Shown here: positions 28,546 through 42,349 of the stretch, in pieces
Layout: every line of letters begins with the position of its first letter
How positions within the stretch are numbered: position 1 is the stretch's first letter
DNA from: Kudoa neothunni
Lineage: Eukaryota; Animalia; Cnidaria
Length of the DNA: 64,000 bases
NCBI GenBank assembly: GCA_964304625.1
Contig: OZ199838.1
Location: forward strand, 4,675,354 to 4,739,353
Direction: 5' to 3'
Position numbers and translations under genes: made by a program
The notes under the pieces: model-generated
The model's input: the letters and a program-made list of their open reading frames with translations, nothing else
What the model was told of the DNA's origin: nothing
Databases searched by the model: none

Positions 28546-30504
28546 AGTTTGAGGATTTGTTTACAAAAGAAGGGTGTTGCACGTTGGAGGGATTAATAAC
28601 GGCTGCTGTAGAATTGGACAACGTAGCCAAAGATGGATCCATTAACGACGAGCATCGGTCATTTGTTGATTAGCATTATAGATACTTCAACCGACCCTTG
28701 ATGGCTTAAGGCACCATTATTTACTGTGCTATTAGAGCTACTGTTGGTCAGCGAAATCACATAATTCTAAATTTTATCATAATCAATTCAAATAAATCAC
28801 ACCAATCACCACAACAAATCTATCAAATCCAATTAAATACATTAGTATCGTTTATATTATTCATTGATGATAAACGCGGTAGATAATCAGGATGACAATT
28901 GTAATGATGGTGATGATGAAGACGAGCGCGACAAGAACGATGACGAAAAAGGTGAATCAACACAACCAACTAGTGTGCACTGAGATAACCTGGTTAACAC
29001 GCACAATCCACAACAATCAGCTTGATTAAACCCGCGCAAACAAATCTCCTTTAAATATCAAACACATTACAGACATTTAACGAATTTTTTTACTATATTA
29101 ATGCGACATTTCTAATGAGTTTATTTTTATGCAATGTCTCCAATAACGCCACATCAATCGATGCAATACTAACACCTTGACTAATCACTAATCGCCTGAT
29201 GAGTTTGATAACCCCGTAGGGAATGTTTATATGTTTACTAGTTGACTCTATAGATGTTACTGTGCAAAAAAAGAAAAATTCTCGATCATCCTTGCTAACT
29301 CTAATTGTTACAGCTGGTTGTTATTCTAGCCATACACCCACTGTTATGTATATATATTTTAATCTTGAAGTAATCATTTAGATCTGATCTCATCAAATGG
29401 CTTATCACCTGTGTTATCGGTTATTCAATTATTCACTTGGTAGCTTATACAACCACCTATTGTGATATATATGATATTGAGCTGTCCTCTTAGTAATATC
29501 ATTCAAATGTTTATCTGGTTTGCATTGTTTTTATATGTTTGTGGTGATAGTTGTTTTTGTTGATTGTGACAGGCGATGAAGTTGATAACGCTGTCCCACT
29601 GCTGTAATCGAGACAAACCTTTAACAATAATTGGATGAAGTTTTAAGTTGGCTTCTAGTCTAGTTTGTTTTTTCTGGGATAAATGGGAAGTTAACCCATC
29701 TATCTCTATTCTAGCCTGCTGCTACTCCCTGGGGATATTCCCGGGAATAATTCCTAAGACACTGACACTGGCAGTGGAAAATCTCGACACAATATGAATC
29801 CAATCGATTGAATGACAAAAGTGGTGCAATATTTTTGTCAAATATAATGGTTATAACTATTCATTAACCTTCCACATCATTCCTCCCATATACACAACAA
29901 ATATTATCAGAGTCATTATAGGGGATCAATTACACACCTGTTGTTTATTAAAATTTACCCCATAAATACCTGTTGTTTCAAGCTCTTGATAACAATAATA
30001 TTTCCTCACTAATAATCTCCATTCCTGGGAAAGTATTATTGAAAACAAACCTGAAATTCATAAGAAGGAATTGTAAGATTAATTCTGAGCTGATTTTATA
30101 ATGTAATAATTAAGATTATTCAGAAGTGGATCTTGGCGCCCATCTCAAGCGACCTTTCTATTATACTTTTTGAATCAAATCTAATATCACAATAATATTG
30201 ATCATTTTGAACATTTAAAAGGAGATAATAGTTGAATAGAAACACATTTGAACAAAATAATTATTTCGAGAACGGTCCTCAACTCACTCAGTCCCCATAA
30301 CGCACGTTCTTTCCACGATTGGATTTAACGAGCTTAAACTAACACTGACATGATCTATTTCCAAATAATGCTTTGAAAATGATCCTTATGTCAGATTTTT
30401 TCAAAAATCCATTATTTATGGAAAAAATTCTGAATTAACTAATTACATAAATGATTATTTTATATTTATAAATGATTCTTTTTTCCCAAATCAGGTTTTT
30501 AATT

Positions 30505-32168
30505 GACAGTGGCTATTCTCATGAATCCATATAATCCACTCTCGGGACTGGCTATTCTCATGGAAACGAATAACATCCTCCGTTATAGAAGATATTTCAA
30601 ATATGATTTCTTTGTTGAATTTAACAATTTTTAATCTAATTTTCTATGCAAAAATTATTAGAACATTTAAAGAATAAAAATTCGACATTTTATCTGCCCT
30701 ATTTACACTATTTAACAAGTACACTCGCATTTTTGAACCTAATATTGTGTAATATAAACATTGTAATTTGAATGAAAAGTAAAAACATTTTCTAATGAGT
30801 AGAAACTGTTCTGTCCGCGCATTCTTGTGTGACCCACCGTGTCTATATATGAATATGCGCGTGAATCCTACGTGATTCTGGGGCGTTCTATTTCGTGAGA
30901 CTATTTCTAAGTTTTAAAGAATTTTGAAATAACCAAAATCTATAGAACAAGTTTATACACTACATTCGGTTGGAGAAGAGAAATTTAAAATTTCGCAAGA
31001 CATAAAATACCACTTGCATGGAATAAGTCTGAAAGTGGTGTCATTATTGCTTCCTATGAAGCGCTGTTAAATTGATTTGCTCAAACCCATACCTTTTATC
31101 AACAATTATTATTATTTTACTGTTAAAATTTCGAATGTGGTTATTTGGGAGAAGTTTTTTTAAGCACACAACTAAATAACCATGGCTAATGGATAAGTTG
31201 ATCAATTTATCATTGGGGTGAAAATTGATTTTTCTGGACTATTAAATTTACACATTCCTCAGTATCAGAAAACAAATGTTTGCAATCTTAAAATTAAATT
31301 TTTCAGAACAATTGAAAATACTCGAGCACGAATTAACCGTTATTTTAACTCCAACATTGTTTATTAAATACTTACCACATTTCTTCATCAGCTCGCTTTA
31401 CCAAAGTCAAAGCAAAGGTACCACAAAAATCACCATTCAAAAATTTTCATTTAATTAATTTACCCATCGAGACATTACCAGAGGAATTAATGCAGAAAAT
31501 TCAGAATCACTCTGCTTGTTAAAAATTGATAAATGAGTTTAAATTAAAAAGTATAGGTTTACTCTTAAATTTAAACTCATAGGTTCCTGTATTTATATTT
31601 ATAGGATCTGTGTTCACAAATAGGCACCATGAAAACCTTTTTCATACTCCTGATTAAAGCAAATACATTTGTAGTGACAAAAGATCAAAAATTCCCCCAA
31701 ATTATGGTACAATCTTATAGATACATATGAAAAGTTGTTTACATCGATGTAAAATAGTTCTAATCCAATTAATATCCATTAATTAACGACAATTTTTTTA
31801 AATTTATATTAAAAAAGGTTTAGATAGAAACGTACATGTTTCGTAAATGATTGTAAGTGACTTGTTCTAAGTTAAACTGCATGCATTGAGACGTATTAAA
31901 CTAAAGGTGTCAACCACCATTAGATATGTTTACATTTCATTTCAACTAAAATGTTTATATTACACTATATTAGGCTAAAAAAATGTGAGTGTACTTATTG
32001 AACAGTGTAAATAGGACAGACAAAGTGTTGAATTTTTATTCTTTAAATGTTCAAACAATTTTTACATAATAAATTATATTAAAAATAGTTCAATTAAAAT
32101 ATGAAATCAAATTTGAAATATCATCTATAACGGAGAAGTTATTCGTTTCCATGAGAATAACGATTGCC
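30505..32168. mobile_element. Non-autonomous long-TIR element (MULE- or Merlin-like) with 9-bp TSD
   Basis: Imperfect TIRs of about 240 bp (GGCTATTCTCATGGAAACGAATAAC... and ...GTTATTCGTTTCCATGAGAATAACGATTGCC). Flanks are TTTTTAATT and TCTTTAATT. No coding capacity seen. Confidence 0.75.
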
Positions 32169-33725
32169 TCTTTAATTGATTAAAAAATTCAACATTTTCC
32201 ACAAATAGAATAATCCAATAGCCGAATGAGTAGAGGTTAGCTGTAAACGAATCCAATGTTTAAAGCCGAAAGATTAAAATGTGATTTACGCGCACTGATT
32301 GCTGGGTTCAGTTTTCTCAAGTTTTTTGGCACTTTGAAATTTTTAAATTTTCTTATAAATTAATAGTAAATTTTGCACTACAAATCCTGGTCAGCACAAA
32401 TTCTAGTCAAGAACACTAACTTAAATAAAATCCATTTCGTTCTGCATTCGCCAGAAATCGTCATGATTTGATTTTTTAGTGGGGGTGGCTAGTGTTGTCG
32501 ACCGTGTCCGATTTTTACTCCTGTTCTTCGAAAGACTGAATAATCGCAAAACAAAGTTTCAAAGATACGGAGTTTTTTCAAATTCACAAAAAATGGAATT
32601 TAATCGTTACCGATTTCATTACGAGAAATCTTCGAGTAGAAAATTTTATACTTGGAACAATGCTTTATTTCAAATTAGAATGTCTGCAATAGAAGTTCAC
32701 CAAACACAAGATACAATTAGGAATTTTAATAATTCTTAAAGCCCACGTAATACAAAAATTGAGCTTAGAAATACATGCCAAAGATTCATCAAAATGAGCA
32801 CATTTTTAAATTTTATACTCCTGTTAATACCAACATTTTGGATTTTTTACCATTATTAGCGGCAGCACACAGTTTTTTCATGGTCATTAACCATTTTGGA
32901 ATTATTACGAAGAGATTTTTGTGTTTGAATTAAAAAAAGACTCTGATGTTGGTGATATCCAATGCTAAATTATCGTTTACAAGTGTCTGTTATCAATTGT
33001 CAAAAAATCCAAATTTTAGGTACTATCTAAACAAATTAAAAGTTAACTAAATATTATCTACTTGACTAATTTTTCTTAATTTCAATGAATGAATGATCGC
33101 ACACAAATAAAACCTTATCTAGGTATAGTTGTTACGTGAAATTCAAAAGCTGAACGATGGACTGTAATCGAATTGTTTGAAATTAAAGGAATTGAATAGA
33201 CTCAAATATAAAGTGTGTTTGACTTAATTATTAACAATCGCCTTTTTGGCCATTGTTTGTCGGCAAATAATTTTTGCCGGATGTACGATTTGGGTTGGCA
33301 GCGCCGGAAGTGGCTATTGCATCGAATCATAAAAACAAGTGTAGTTTTACCGTATTTAATTATTTTTGGTCGCTAGTAACGATTGATATAGACCAAAAAT
33401 AATTTACAAAAACATATCTAACGAATAAACGTTATATATCAATCATGGAATTTATGTGGTTAAAAATAAACAGTGCGCGAGCGTGGACTCTGTTTAGGAC
33501 AGGAGTTCCCAACGGGGGGGGGGGGGTATGAGATCCGATCAAAATTGAAAATAATTTTTGATAATTTTGTTTTAGATAAATTATTTGTTTTTTGATATTT
33601 AAGTCGTAAAAAATTATGAATTCGGATTTATTTTTTAATCTGATCAGTTTTCATTTATTGTAATGTAAAAATATATTAAGAATCAACATTAATTTACAAA
33701 ATGAGTGAATAAAATTTGTTCTTAA

Positions 33726-34437
33726 ACCCTCTAAGGTCAGAAAAAACGACCACCCTCCAAGGACTTTTGGGGTCCAAAAGAATCCAGGTTTTTTTATTTG
33801 ATGAATTAACTTAATAAATACAGAAAAATTTAATATCATTTTTATTAAAAATAAAATAGAAAGTATAGGTAATTTGTGAAATAAGTAAATAATCGGCTAT
33901 TTTTCCGTGTTTATTGCAAGACGATATAGATTACACATGTACCCGACTGTAGTCGAATAGGAATTAGGCAAAAATTTAGAAATAATTTATTTGAGCTAAA
34001 TATTTGCACTCAGTATTCCTTTGATTTATTATTGATAATCGCAAAAGAAAAAACGAGAAAAACCGAACATATGAAGGTGTTTTTCTGGAGTATATACTTT
34101 ACCATTACCCTTATTTTTAATTTATAAAATATTTGGAGATATATAGTTAAAAATTATTGCCAGAATAGTTATTTATATAGAGTAAACATCTTATATATCG
34201 TATTTGTTATGCTAGGTCTAGATTATTTAACAAATGTATATTCTTGAAATGATATAGTTAATTTGAAACTCTTATATTTTAAGAAATTCATAATTTTAAA
34301 ATTGTTATAATATTAAATTTTGAAAAATTTTTAAATACCCATAAAAATTATTCCCGCTATTATTTAAAAAAAGATTAAAATTAATATCGGCATGTATACC
34401 CTAAGGAGGTTTTCATGTGGTTACACGTTTGAGATGG
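33726..34437. mobile_element. Non-autonomous piggyBac-like remnant
   Basis: Left end CCCTCTAAGG...CCCTCCAAGGACTTTTGGGGTCC resembles the 18893 family; possible right end GATGG-TTAA. Confidence 0.45.
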
Positions 34438-34499
34438 TTAAGGATTTTAACACGAACACTGATAGAATTTCTAACTTATTCTCTAATTAACAGGAAATA

Positions 34500-35500
34500 A
34501 TGGACTTTTTTCTCCAAAAGATACTCCTAAATAAGTCTGAAGGCGCATGTTGCACATGCAAACTCGGTAAAGTCAGACTACAACAAGATGTGTCATTAAG
34601 AATGACAAATGCGTGTGGCGATTCTTAAGTAAGTACCGCCATAAAGCAGCCTACATAAGGAACAATTCTATTTTCTTCTTTTCTTATCTGAAGATTAAAA
34701 TAAATAATATTAGAATTTAATTACTATATTTTTACATATAAAATACTTCTCATTTATTATTCGATGAATGAATGAATAAATGCCCTCTAACTCTATCAAA
34801 AATGACCTGGAGATATATTCTGATCATACAATCATTAATTGTAATAAAGAATTTCGTCTTAGTTGCCCTGAAATTCTGTTGATGGATTCAAAACCAATTG
34901 GAGGGTAACATCTAACTACATTTTTTATCTAACATAAGTTTGAGGACCTGGGAAAATAGTTGAAATTGTTGAGAACAAATTTGGAAAGCATAAGTACAAC
35001 AGAAGGCATAAAATGGTGGGTCAATGTGATTTTGGGGTAATAGAAAGAGATTCCAACAATATGTTGTTTATACCTGTTCAACAATGAAACCAATAAAGTT
35101 TTGGTTTCACTTGTCAAAAAAAATATTTTACCAATTAAGTGGAAATATTTATTAATCTTAGGTACAATTTATTAGACACAATTACTATAACTGACGCTGC
35201 CGAATTTTACAAGATATTACCATCTCTTGGATATGAGCTTAAGACAGTTAATCACAGTGAAACCTACGTGGCATTGATGGCTCTCATACTATTACTATTG
35301 AGTGCTACTGGCATCAGTTAAAGATTTCTTTACCAAAAAATGGGACAAGAAAATATCTTTATCAAAGGTATAATAGTTTTGTATAAAGAAATATTTAATA
35401 TATTTTAGTTACTTTGACGAGTATATTTTCAGGAAGAAATATTTGGTCGGGAGGACGGATGAATTCCTAGAAATATTAAAACAACTTAAACTAATTATAT
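34500..35500 (+). pseudogene. Merlin transposase pseudogene with apparent introns
   Basis: Reads KFGKHKYNRRHKMVGQCDFGVIER...ITITDAAEFY..LGYELKTVNHSETYV...YFDEYIFRKK, with short AT-rich AG-ending interruptions. Confidence 0.75.
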
Positions 35501-37216
35501 TTTAGGAATTAGAATTTTTTTTCCTTGATTATTTTTGTTAAATGCTTGGTGTGTATAAATTTATTGCAATTGGATGTTTAGACCTTTCATGTTTTATCAA
35601 CAAATTTACAATTGTTACCCTATCAGAATATTTACAATAATTCAGGTTCAATTAAATTATTACATTCCGTTAACAAAAACAAGAAAACTCATTATCTGAG
35701 TACAATCGTTAAGTATTTCAGGCGCATCATTAAATGGAAATTGTCGATCCCATATTGATCCAATTAAAGCTGAATTTAGTTCTCTGATATATTTATTGAA
35801 AGAAGTAAATAGACAGTTATAATAAATATTAATTTAAATAAGATTTGATTATAGAGGATTAATCTTACTTTCCAACGCGTACATTAAAAAATCCAATTAA
35901 CTTCTGTAATATTTATTCTCGTATAAAAGCAAAACAATTTTGTCAATAAGTTGTTCTGGAGAACATAATGTGTACATTGGTTTTAAACAAATCAAAGCTT
36001 GAAGAAAACAAATTCAATGTACATAAGTTAAGGTTTTGTCTTCCACATAATAAGGCGGTGATTGACGAAGCTTATTGAAGTTCGAGGTTCGTCAAATCAA
36101 GGTTTCAGCGTATGTTCGCCAGCTTACGAGTCGGATTCGCGAGTAACTCTATAAAGGAAAAGAGAGGATGTTGTTAATGATGTGGATGTGCTTGGGTCTG
36201 ATATTAATATTTTATTTCTGTGAAAAAATCGCTCTTGCATGCGCTCTACGGACTAGAGATTGTGCAGTCGTTCCCAACACGTTTACATTAATTATTGTTA
36301 ACATGGTTACATCTATTAAAATTAATATATTATTATAATTCACGTATTCCTCTTGACATAGAATACCTTCAGTAAATACAGGAAATAACATGATAAAATA
36401 GCCAGTAAATGTTTGTAAATAGGATTTGTATCCATGCGGAAGTCCGAATTATGGTAAATCAATATGTAAGTTTATCAAACATAACAAAAAATGATCATTA
36501 AAAACAATTTTAAAGAGAATGAGACGGAAATATACATACATTATACAAATTTTTCCATCCAACTAAAGGAAAATTATTTTTATCGCATGCTGATCAGAGC
36601 AAAAAATATGATTAAAGGCGGAAAATGTGCGAAAATCGGGTTAACGACTGTATATAGATTTACTAATACGTGGTAAACGTGTAAAAAATGACAATGATTA
36701 TTTCAGCGAATATCTTTAACCCTAAATAAACCTACGCATGCGCAGCACTCATTTGTAAGCCTGAAACCCCCATTTATAATTGTCGTATCAAGTTTACTCA
36801 TTGGATTCTGCTATATACGATTATTCCTGGTTAATTTTTGCCTCTCTTAAGGGTCAAAAATAATTAGCTACAGTCACCTGGTTATTATGATTATGATTCG
36901 CTGCAATAGCAGCTTTCTAGTAAAATTAAGTCACCAGATTCCTTCATAAACAGAAATAGTTTCACATTTAAGCCCATGTATCGGAATAACTGGGTTTCCT
37001 TTATAAGGTGTGCGCATAATTTATCTTAAAGTTCCCCTATTTCGATAATTGATAATTGTTCACTCACATCGTACTTGAATTGTATTCATGAAATTTTTGT
37101 ACCAATAACTGAGATTAGATAAATAGAATTAATTCTCGAATTATCTGAATCTTTATTGAACTAAATGGTAATAAATTTTCTTTGTGCATGGTTGACTTAA
37201 ATCCCCGCAGACTTAT

Positions 37217-39709
37217 AGCTAAGACTACATAAACCTAACCTCTATTTAGTACCCACACAAAAATGGGATAAGTTCCCACTAGCAAGTAGTTCATTTATAT
37301 GATTATAATCGAATACTACAGCAATATTTTATGGAATAAAAACTATTTATGAATGTATTGATTAAGGGTGGGCGAAGATGAATATACATGATTGGGCCCG
37401 ATTATGACTATGTTACCTATTAAATTTATTCAAATACCGGATAAGCCACATATTGAATCTGATTCCAATTCACCATCTTAGCGAAAGCGTGATCTATACT
37501 ATTACCACATTTTTGCGAATAACCCCTAGCATCTACAGATCAAGTTAGGAATATTATTTATTGTATCGACTTAGAGCACGAAAAATTTATCTCGGTGTTT
37601 ATATAATTGATATATCAAGTATGTTGTGTTGTCATGCGCCGTCACCTAAAAACACTTTAGTCGGAATTGAAAGTTGCTCCAAGAAAATATCCATATGCCT
37701 TCATTTGAACTGCCAAAGTTTGTGTATTCAAATGAACATTTGTTAGGAATATTGTCACAGTTGGCTGAAATTGAATCTCCCCACTGGCTGGATGAAATAA
37801 ATGAGCTGATGAGTTCAGAACCACAAAAGCCATTACTGTTGACATTTGACGAAAATATAACAAAAAATTTTACTCATCACAACAACGTAGGAGGATTTAG
37901 TATTCGAACGCGTGTTAAAATAAGAATAGGCAAACAAGTTCAAACCCTCTAATAATCATCCCAATAATAATTATTGCTCCAATACTGGCACGAATGATGA
38001 TCCCTCGAGATATAAATCTAAGAAATGGGGTAGTTTTGAGTTTATGGAATCATCCAAAAAGGAATCTGCTGAAGTGAATGCTTCTCTATTATTTTTTTGT
38101 TTAATATTGTTGACCTCTTATCTATATTTGACAGGTGGATACTGATGAAAGTGATGCACAATTATTGAAAGAAAAATCCAAATCCTACCATTCGTTTGAT
38201 GAAACGTTTGTGACAGAGGTGACATCCATTGGTGGAAATTGTACAACGAATGGGTGATACTTGTTGTTGTTGCTTAATAGTTTATTTATATTTTGTAGTA
38301 AATTATTGGTGGCCAAAACTGTTAATGAAGACTCAGACAATCCAAGTTATTCTACCGGTATTGATAACTACTATTGATAATTATTGATTACTATTGTGTA
38401 CGGTGGGTTATGTTGTTATGGGATAATATTTTAGACAAAGAAACTATTGGTGGTGTTGGAAAACAGAGATTACACTCATCGAAACTTGTTAGAGATGATT
38501 CTACGGAGGATAACAACTCGGGAAACCTCTCACCAACAACCCAACAAAATGATTTAGCTAAATCTAGCCCAACTCATATCATTTCTAAAACTAGTTATGG
38601 ACAGTCCCATTTAAGTGATGAGATTGATGAGGTAATTCACTCAGATGCATACACATGAATAGATGTGTGCTTCAATGGAGAAATGAATGATTGACATATT
38701 ATGTGGCATGTGGTATAGGGACGAAAAGATTTGTCGTTGGTTGAGTTCAAAAAGCCTTATCCCAATAGGACATCACCTAGTGGGGCGAGCAGAAAGCAAT
38801 ATACTAGAACAGATCACCACAGGGATGAGGTTTCTTAATTGTCTATAAGTGATTACCACTAAGGTTTTATAGAATTCACGTCACAAGCCAGTTCGTAGTA
38901 AACCTACTGCTGACTACAAAAGTAGAGGTTTGGTCCAATCGCATACTTCGAAAAATGCGTATTCTTCATCCCATGGCTCAACATCTATCGTAATGAGTTA
39001 TAATAGCAATGCGTCGTCAACCCCGTCTTCGACAACAAACAGTCGAATTCATGGTCATAGAAAAACCGATCATTCCGGTTATTATAATATTTCTTCTTCT
39101 TATACTGCTAGCGATAAAAAGTTCTCATTTCAACAATACCCTGAACAACATTTGATACCGACGAAAAATCGTCCCGCAACTAACAAACAGCGGCCAAGAC
39201 CAAAATCTTGTATTGATAGTCCTCAAACTGTTGTACATATGAAACAAAATCAGTCCACCGATTATCCCTCAGAAGTCAAAGAATCGATATTAACTATTGA
39301 TGAAATTATGCGGGAACAAATGGCTGAAAAACAAGCTGAGGAGAAAAAGCAGCGACAACAATTTCAAGAAAAAATACGCAAAAAGAAAGAGAAAGAATCT
39401 TCGACGGCTTGGCTTGGGGAAGTGACTCCGAGCAAGTAATTTTTATCGTTACTTGGTTGTTGGTTTGATTTTTCATTTATTATGCTTAGACCTGTGGAAA
39501 CTATTACCATTGAACAAATAGAACTAGAAGAAAAAGCAAAAAGTTTATCTCTAAAAAATGACGACGATACACTCGGAAAATCATCAACTATTGTAATTAC
39601 TCAAAATCACATTGACTATCTATTATTTACTGATTGCTTTTAGCACATGGATAATCACTCGGCCAATTCTGATGGAAAATTCTGGGACAGTGCTATGAAA
39701 TTTTTTTGA
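37217..39709 (+). CDS. Hypothetical multi-exon protein (S/T-rich, C-terminal coiled coil); start unresolved
   Basis: Chain of short exons with GT-AG introns, including ORF pieces 37674-37952, 38374-38658 and 38930-39439. Ends ...DGKFWDSAMKFF* at 39709. No recognised domain. Confidence 0.6.
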
Positions 39710-40686
39710 AACATCCCCCCATCTGACAACTACCGCCGTCTTTTTATTCCCTTAATCTTGATCATTTTTGAAATGTTCTATAATCTTTTAATTCAATTTT
39801 AACTACATGCGTTTGCATTTTTTAGATGCATTACTGTTTGTTTAAATCAGTGTTTCCCTAACTTTTTTTTCTATTATTTTAAATCCGGGCCTCCGAATAT
39901 TCCAAAATATTAATTAAACTGACGAGTATATTTCTTAATTTGAATTTTATTTAACCCTCTAATGCAGCAGGGGTTCTCAACCGTAGGTAAATTTACCCCT
40001 GAGGGATGAATTTTAAATGACATGGGTACATTAACTAACATCAAAATTGGATAGGGACAATTTTCGCATAATGGGGTTTGTGACGTACATAAAATAAAGG
40101 TTTCTAAAGAATTATATTGTTCAGGACTATTAAACTCAATAAGAAGTTGGCAGAAATGTTTAAAATATTTTTAAGAATTTTCATTTAACAACTTGTTATA
40201 AAAATGCAGTCAGTCTCTTTCTTTTATGGCTCGTTTATCTTTTGGTGATGTTTTAATAATAAAAATAATAATAAATAATAATGATTGTTAAAATGTAGAA
40301 TATTGGCCGTATTCCAAATCAGCGACCACGATAAAAATCGAACCTGTTGATTATTCTAATTTTTTGTATTTATCATTGTTTCACCACCAGTAGGTTATTT
40401 TCGGCACTGTATTTGTTGTCGATAATAGTTGTTGTAATATATTCTTTAAATAACTGCTAGCCCCTCGTAGTTACTTCCACAGGCTATACCATTTAATCGA
40501 TGGAGTAAAGCATGCTTTGTTTATCCTAAAATTTGAGTGTGACAACTGATTTTTTATTGATTGTCATAATTCATCATTAGCGATTGCCCATTATTAATTC
40601 TATGTCTATAAGAATAAGAAGTTAATATTATCTGCAATCACTAGGTGTTAAATTGTATCAAATGCATAACGTTAACATCAAAAATA

Positions 40687-41935
40687 CAGTATTTCACGAT
40701 CAAGATGCAAATTGAATGCGCATTTTCACGTTTTCTCCAGTTAAGACCCTAAAAGCATGCCTGATCAAATTGAAAATAATAATTCGAATAAGAGAAAATA
40801 CGAGATTGTTAGTGCCAAAGATAGGGCTAAAATTGCTCACCATGTCGAAGTGAGCACAAATTTTGAATGATTATTAAAATAATTAAGATTGGAAAGACGA
40901 ATCATCAAATTTCCGAGTCATTAAACATTTCCGAATCTACAGTAAAGGGAACAGTGAGAGAGTCAATGACACCGGCTCGTTCCAAAGGTTAGCAACTGGA
41001 GGAGATCGCCGCTCATTGTTGAGTGAAGTGCACAAACAATTTTTACTTACAGAGGTAGATGATAACTGTACGCTGACATTCAATCAGTTATCAGAGAAGC
41101 TCTTTAAAAAATTTTCTATTTGCGTTTCTCGTCAAACCATTAATAGAGTTCTGAAAGAGTTTCATTATACCTTAAAAAAATATCGTTGATGCCTATAGAT
41201 AGGAATTCTACTAGGACAATTTCATTACGATTCGAGTGACGAATTGACCTATATATTTTATCTAATATTTTTTAGCTATGTAAACGAATTCATAAGATTG
41301 GAACCTAGGTATTCGGAAATATTGTATATCGATGAATCAGGATTTTCCCTATCAACCCGTCGTTCCCAGGGTAGATCCCTTTCTGGGACGAGAGCAAACT
41401 TAAAGGTCAAATACATCCGATCTCGAAACATATCATTAATAGCGGCGATGAGTGACAAAAAAATTTGGAATTTTAAAATTCACAAGGGGGCGTGAGCCAG
41501 TCTGTGTTTTTGCCATCTCTAGAAGATCTTTTTGCAAATTTGGAGGCGAATTCTGTCGATAAAGCTATTTTGGTTATGGATAACGTAGCTTTCCATAAGA
41601 CTGAGAGTGTTCGAAATTTGATAGAAAGCAGTCCTCACAAGCTCTTACTACTATCGCCGTATTCACCCTTCCTTAACCCAATTGAAGAAGTTTTGGGGGA
41701 GCTGAAATCAATTGTTAAAAGCATGGCACCAACAACACATGATGAGCTGATTGAATGTATGAAAAATAGTCCGACCCAAATAACCGAAACCAATTGTCAA
41801 AGCTATGTGAGACATTCAAAATCTTACTTTTCAGCATCCCAGCTTAAGAACCCCATTAACAATTAATACAAAAACTATTATTTAAATATAAAATTTGTTG
41901 GTTTACTATTTTTACATCTTAATCGTGAAATACTG
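40687..41935 (+). mobile_element. Tc1/IS630-like (DD34E) transposon, full length, frameshifted, intron-containing
   Basis: 25-bp TIR CAGTATTTCACGAT(C/T)AAGATG(C/T)AAA with TA TSD. Catalytic motifs YIDESGF, VMDNVAFHK and SPFLNPIEE, with 34 residues between D and E. Confidence 0.92.
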
Positions 41936-42349
41936 TATTGAAATCTAAATCGGAAAATTCACACCATTTCTGGGAAATACATTGAGCACATTTTATCTTA
42001 AAGTTCGTAATTTATGAATAGAATACAATAAACCACATAATTTAAACATTGCAAAAATTGAAAATAATTTAAGTAACACGAGGTTGAATATATCACGTGG
42101 AAGCGCGCGCTTCTAGAGTAGTGTCAGACCTACGAAAACACACAAAATTCTTCAACTTTAAACGTATTATTGACAGAAAATGATATAATACAATTTTTGT
42201 CGTGTTTTAAACTAAGATCAATGAATTTTTCATTTAATTATGGAAAACAGTCAATAAAATAAACAATATAAATATGTAAAAAAATATATTCTCAATTGTT
42301 ACCTAATTCTATAATTTAGCACAGAAAAATATAAATTGTAGAAATGTGA

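Noticed and set aside
29700-29760. TCCCTGGGGA and ATTCCCGGGAAT palindromes upstream of beta-catenin as COE or STAT sites
   Set aside because: Too short to distinguish from chance without conservation data.
36050-36460. GC-richer island as a snoRNA, other ncRNA or small gene
   Set aside because: The TGATG...CTGA spacing is too short for a C/D snoRNA, no snRNA or tRNA signature was seen, and no convincing spliced ORF was found.
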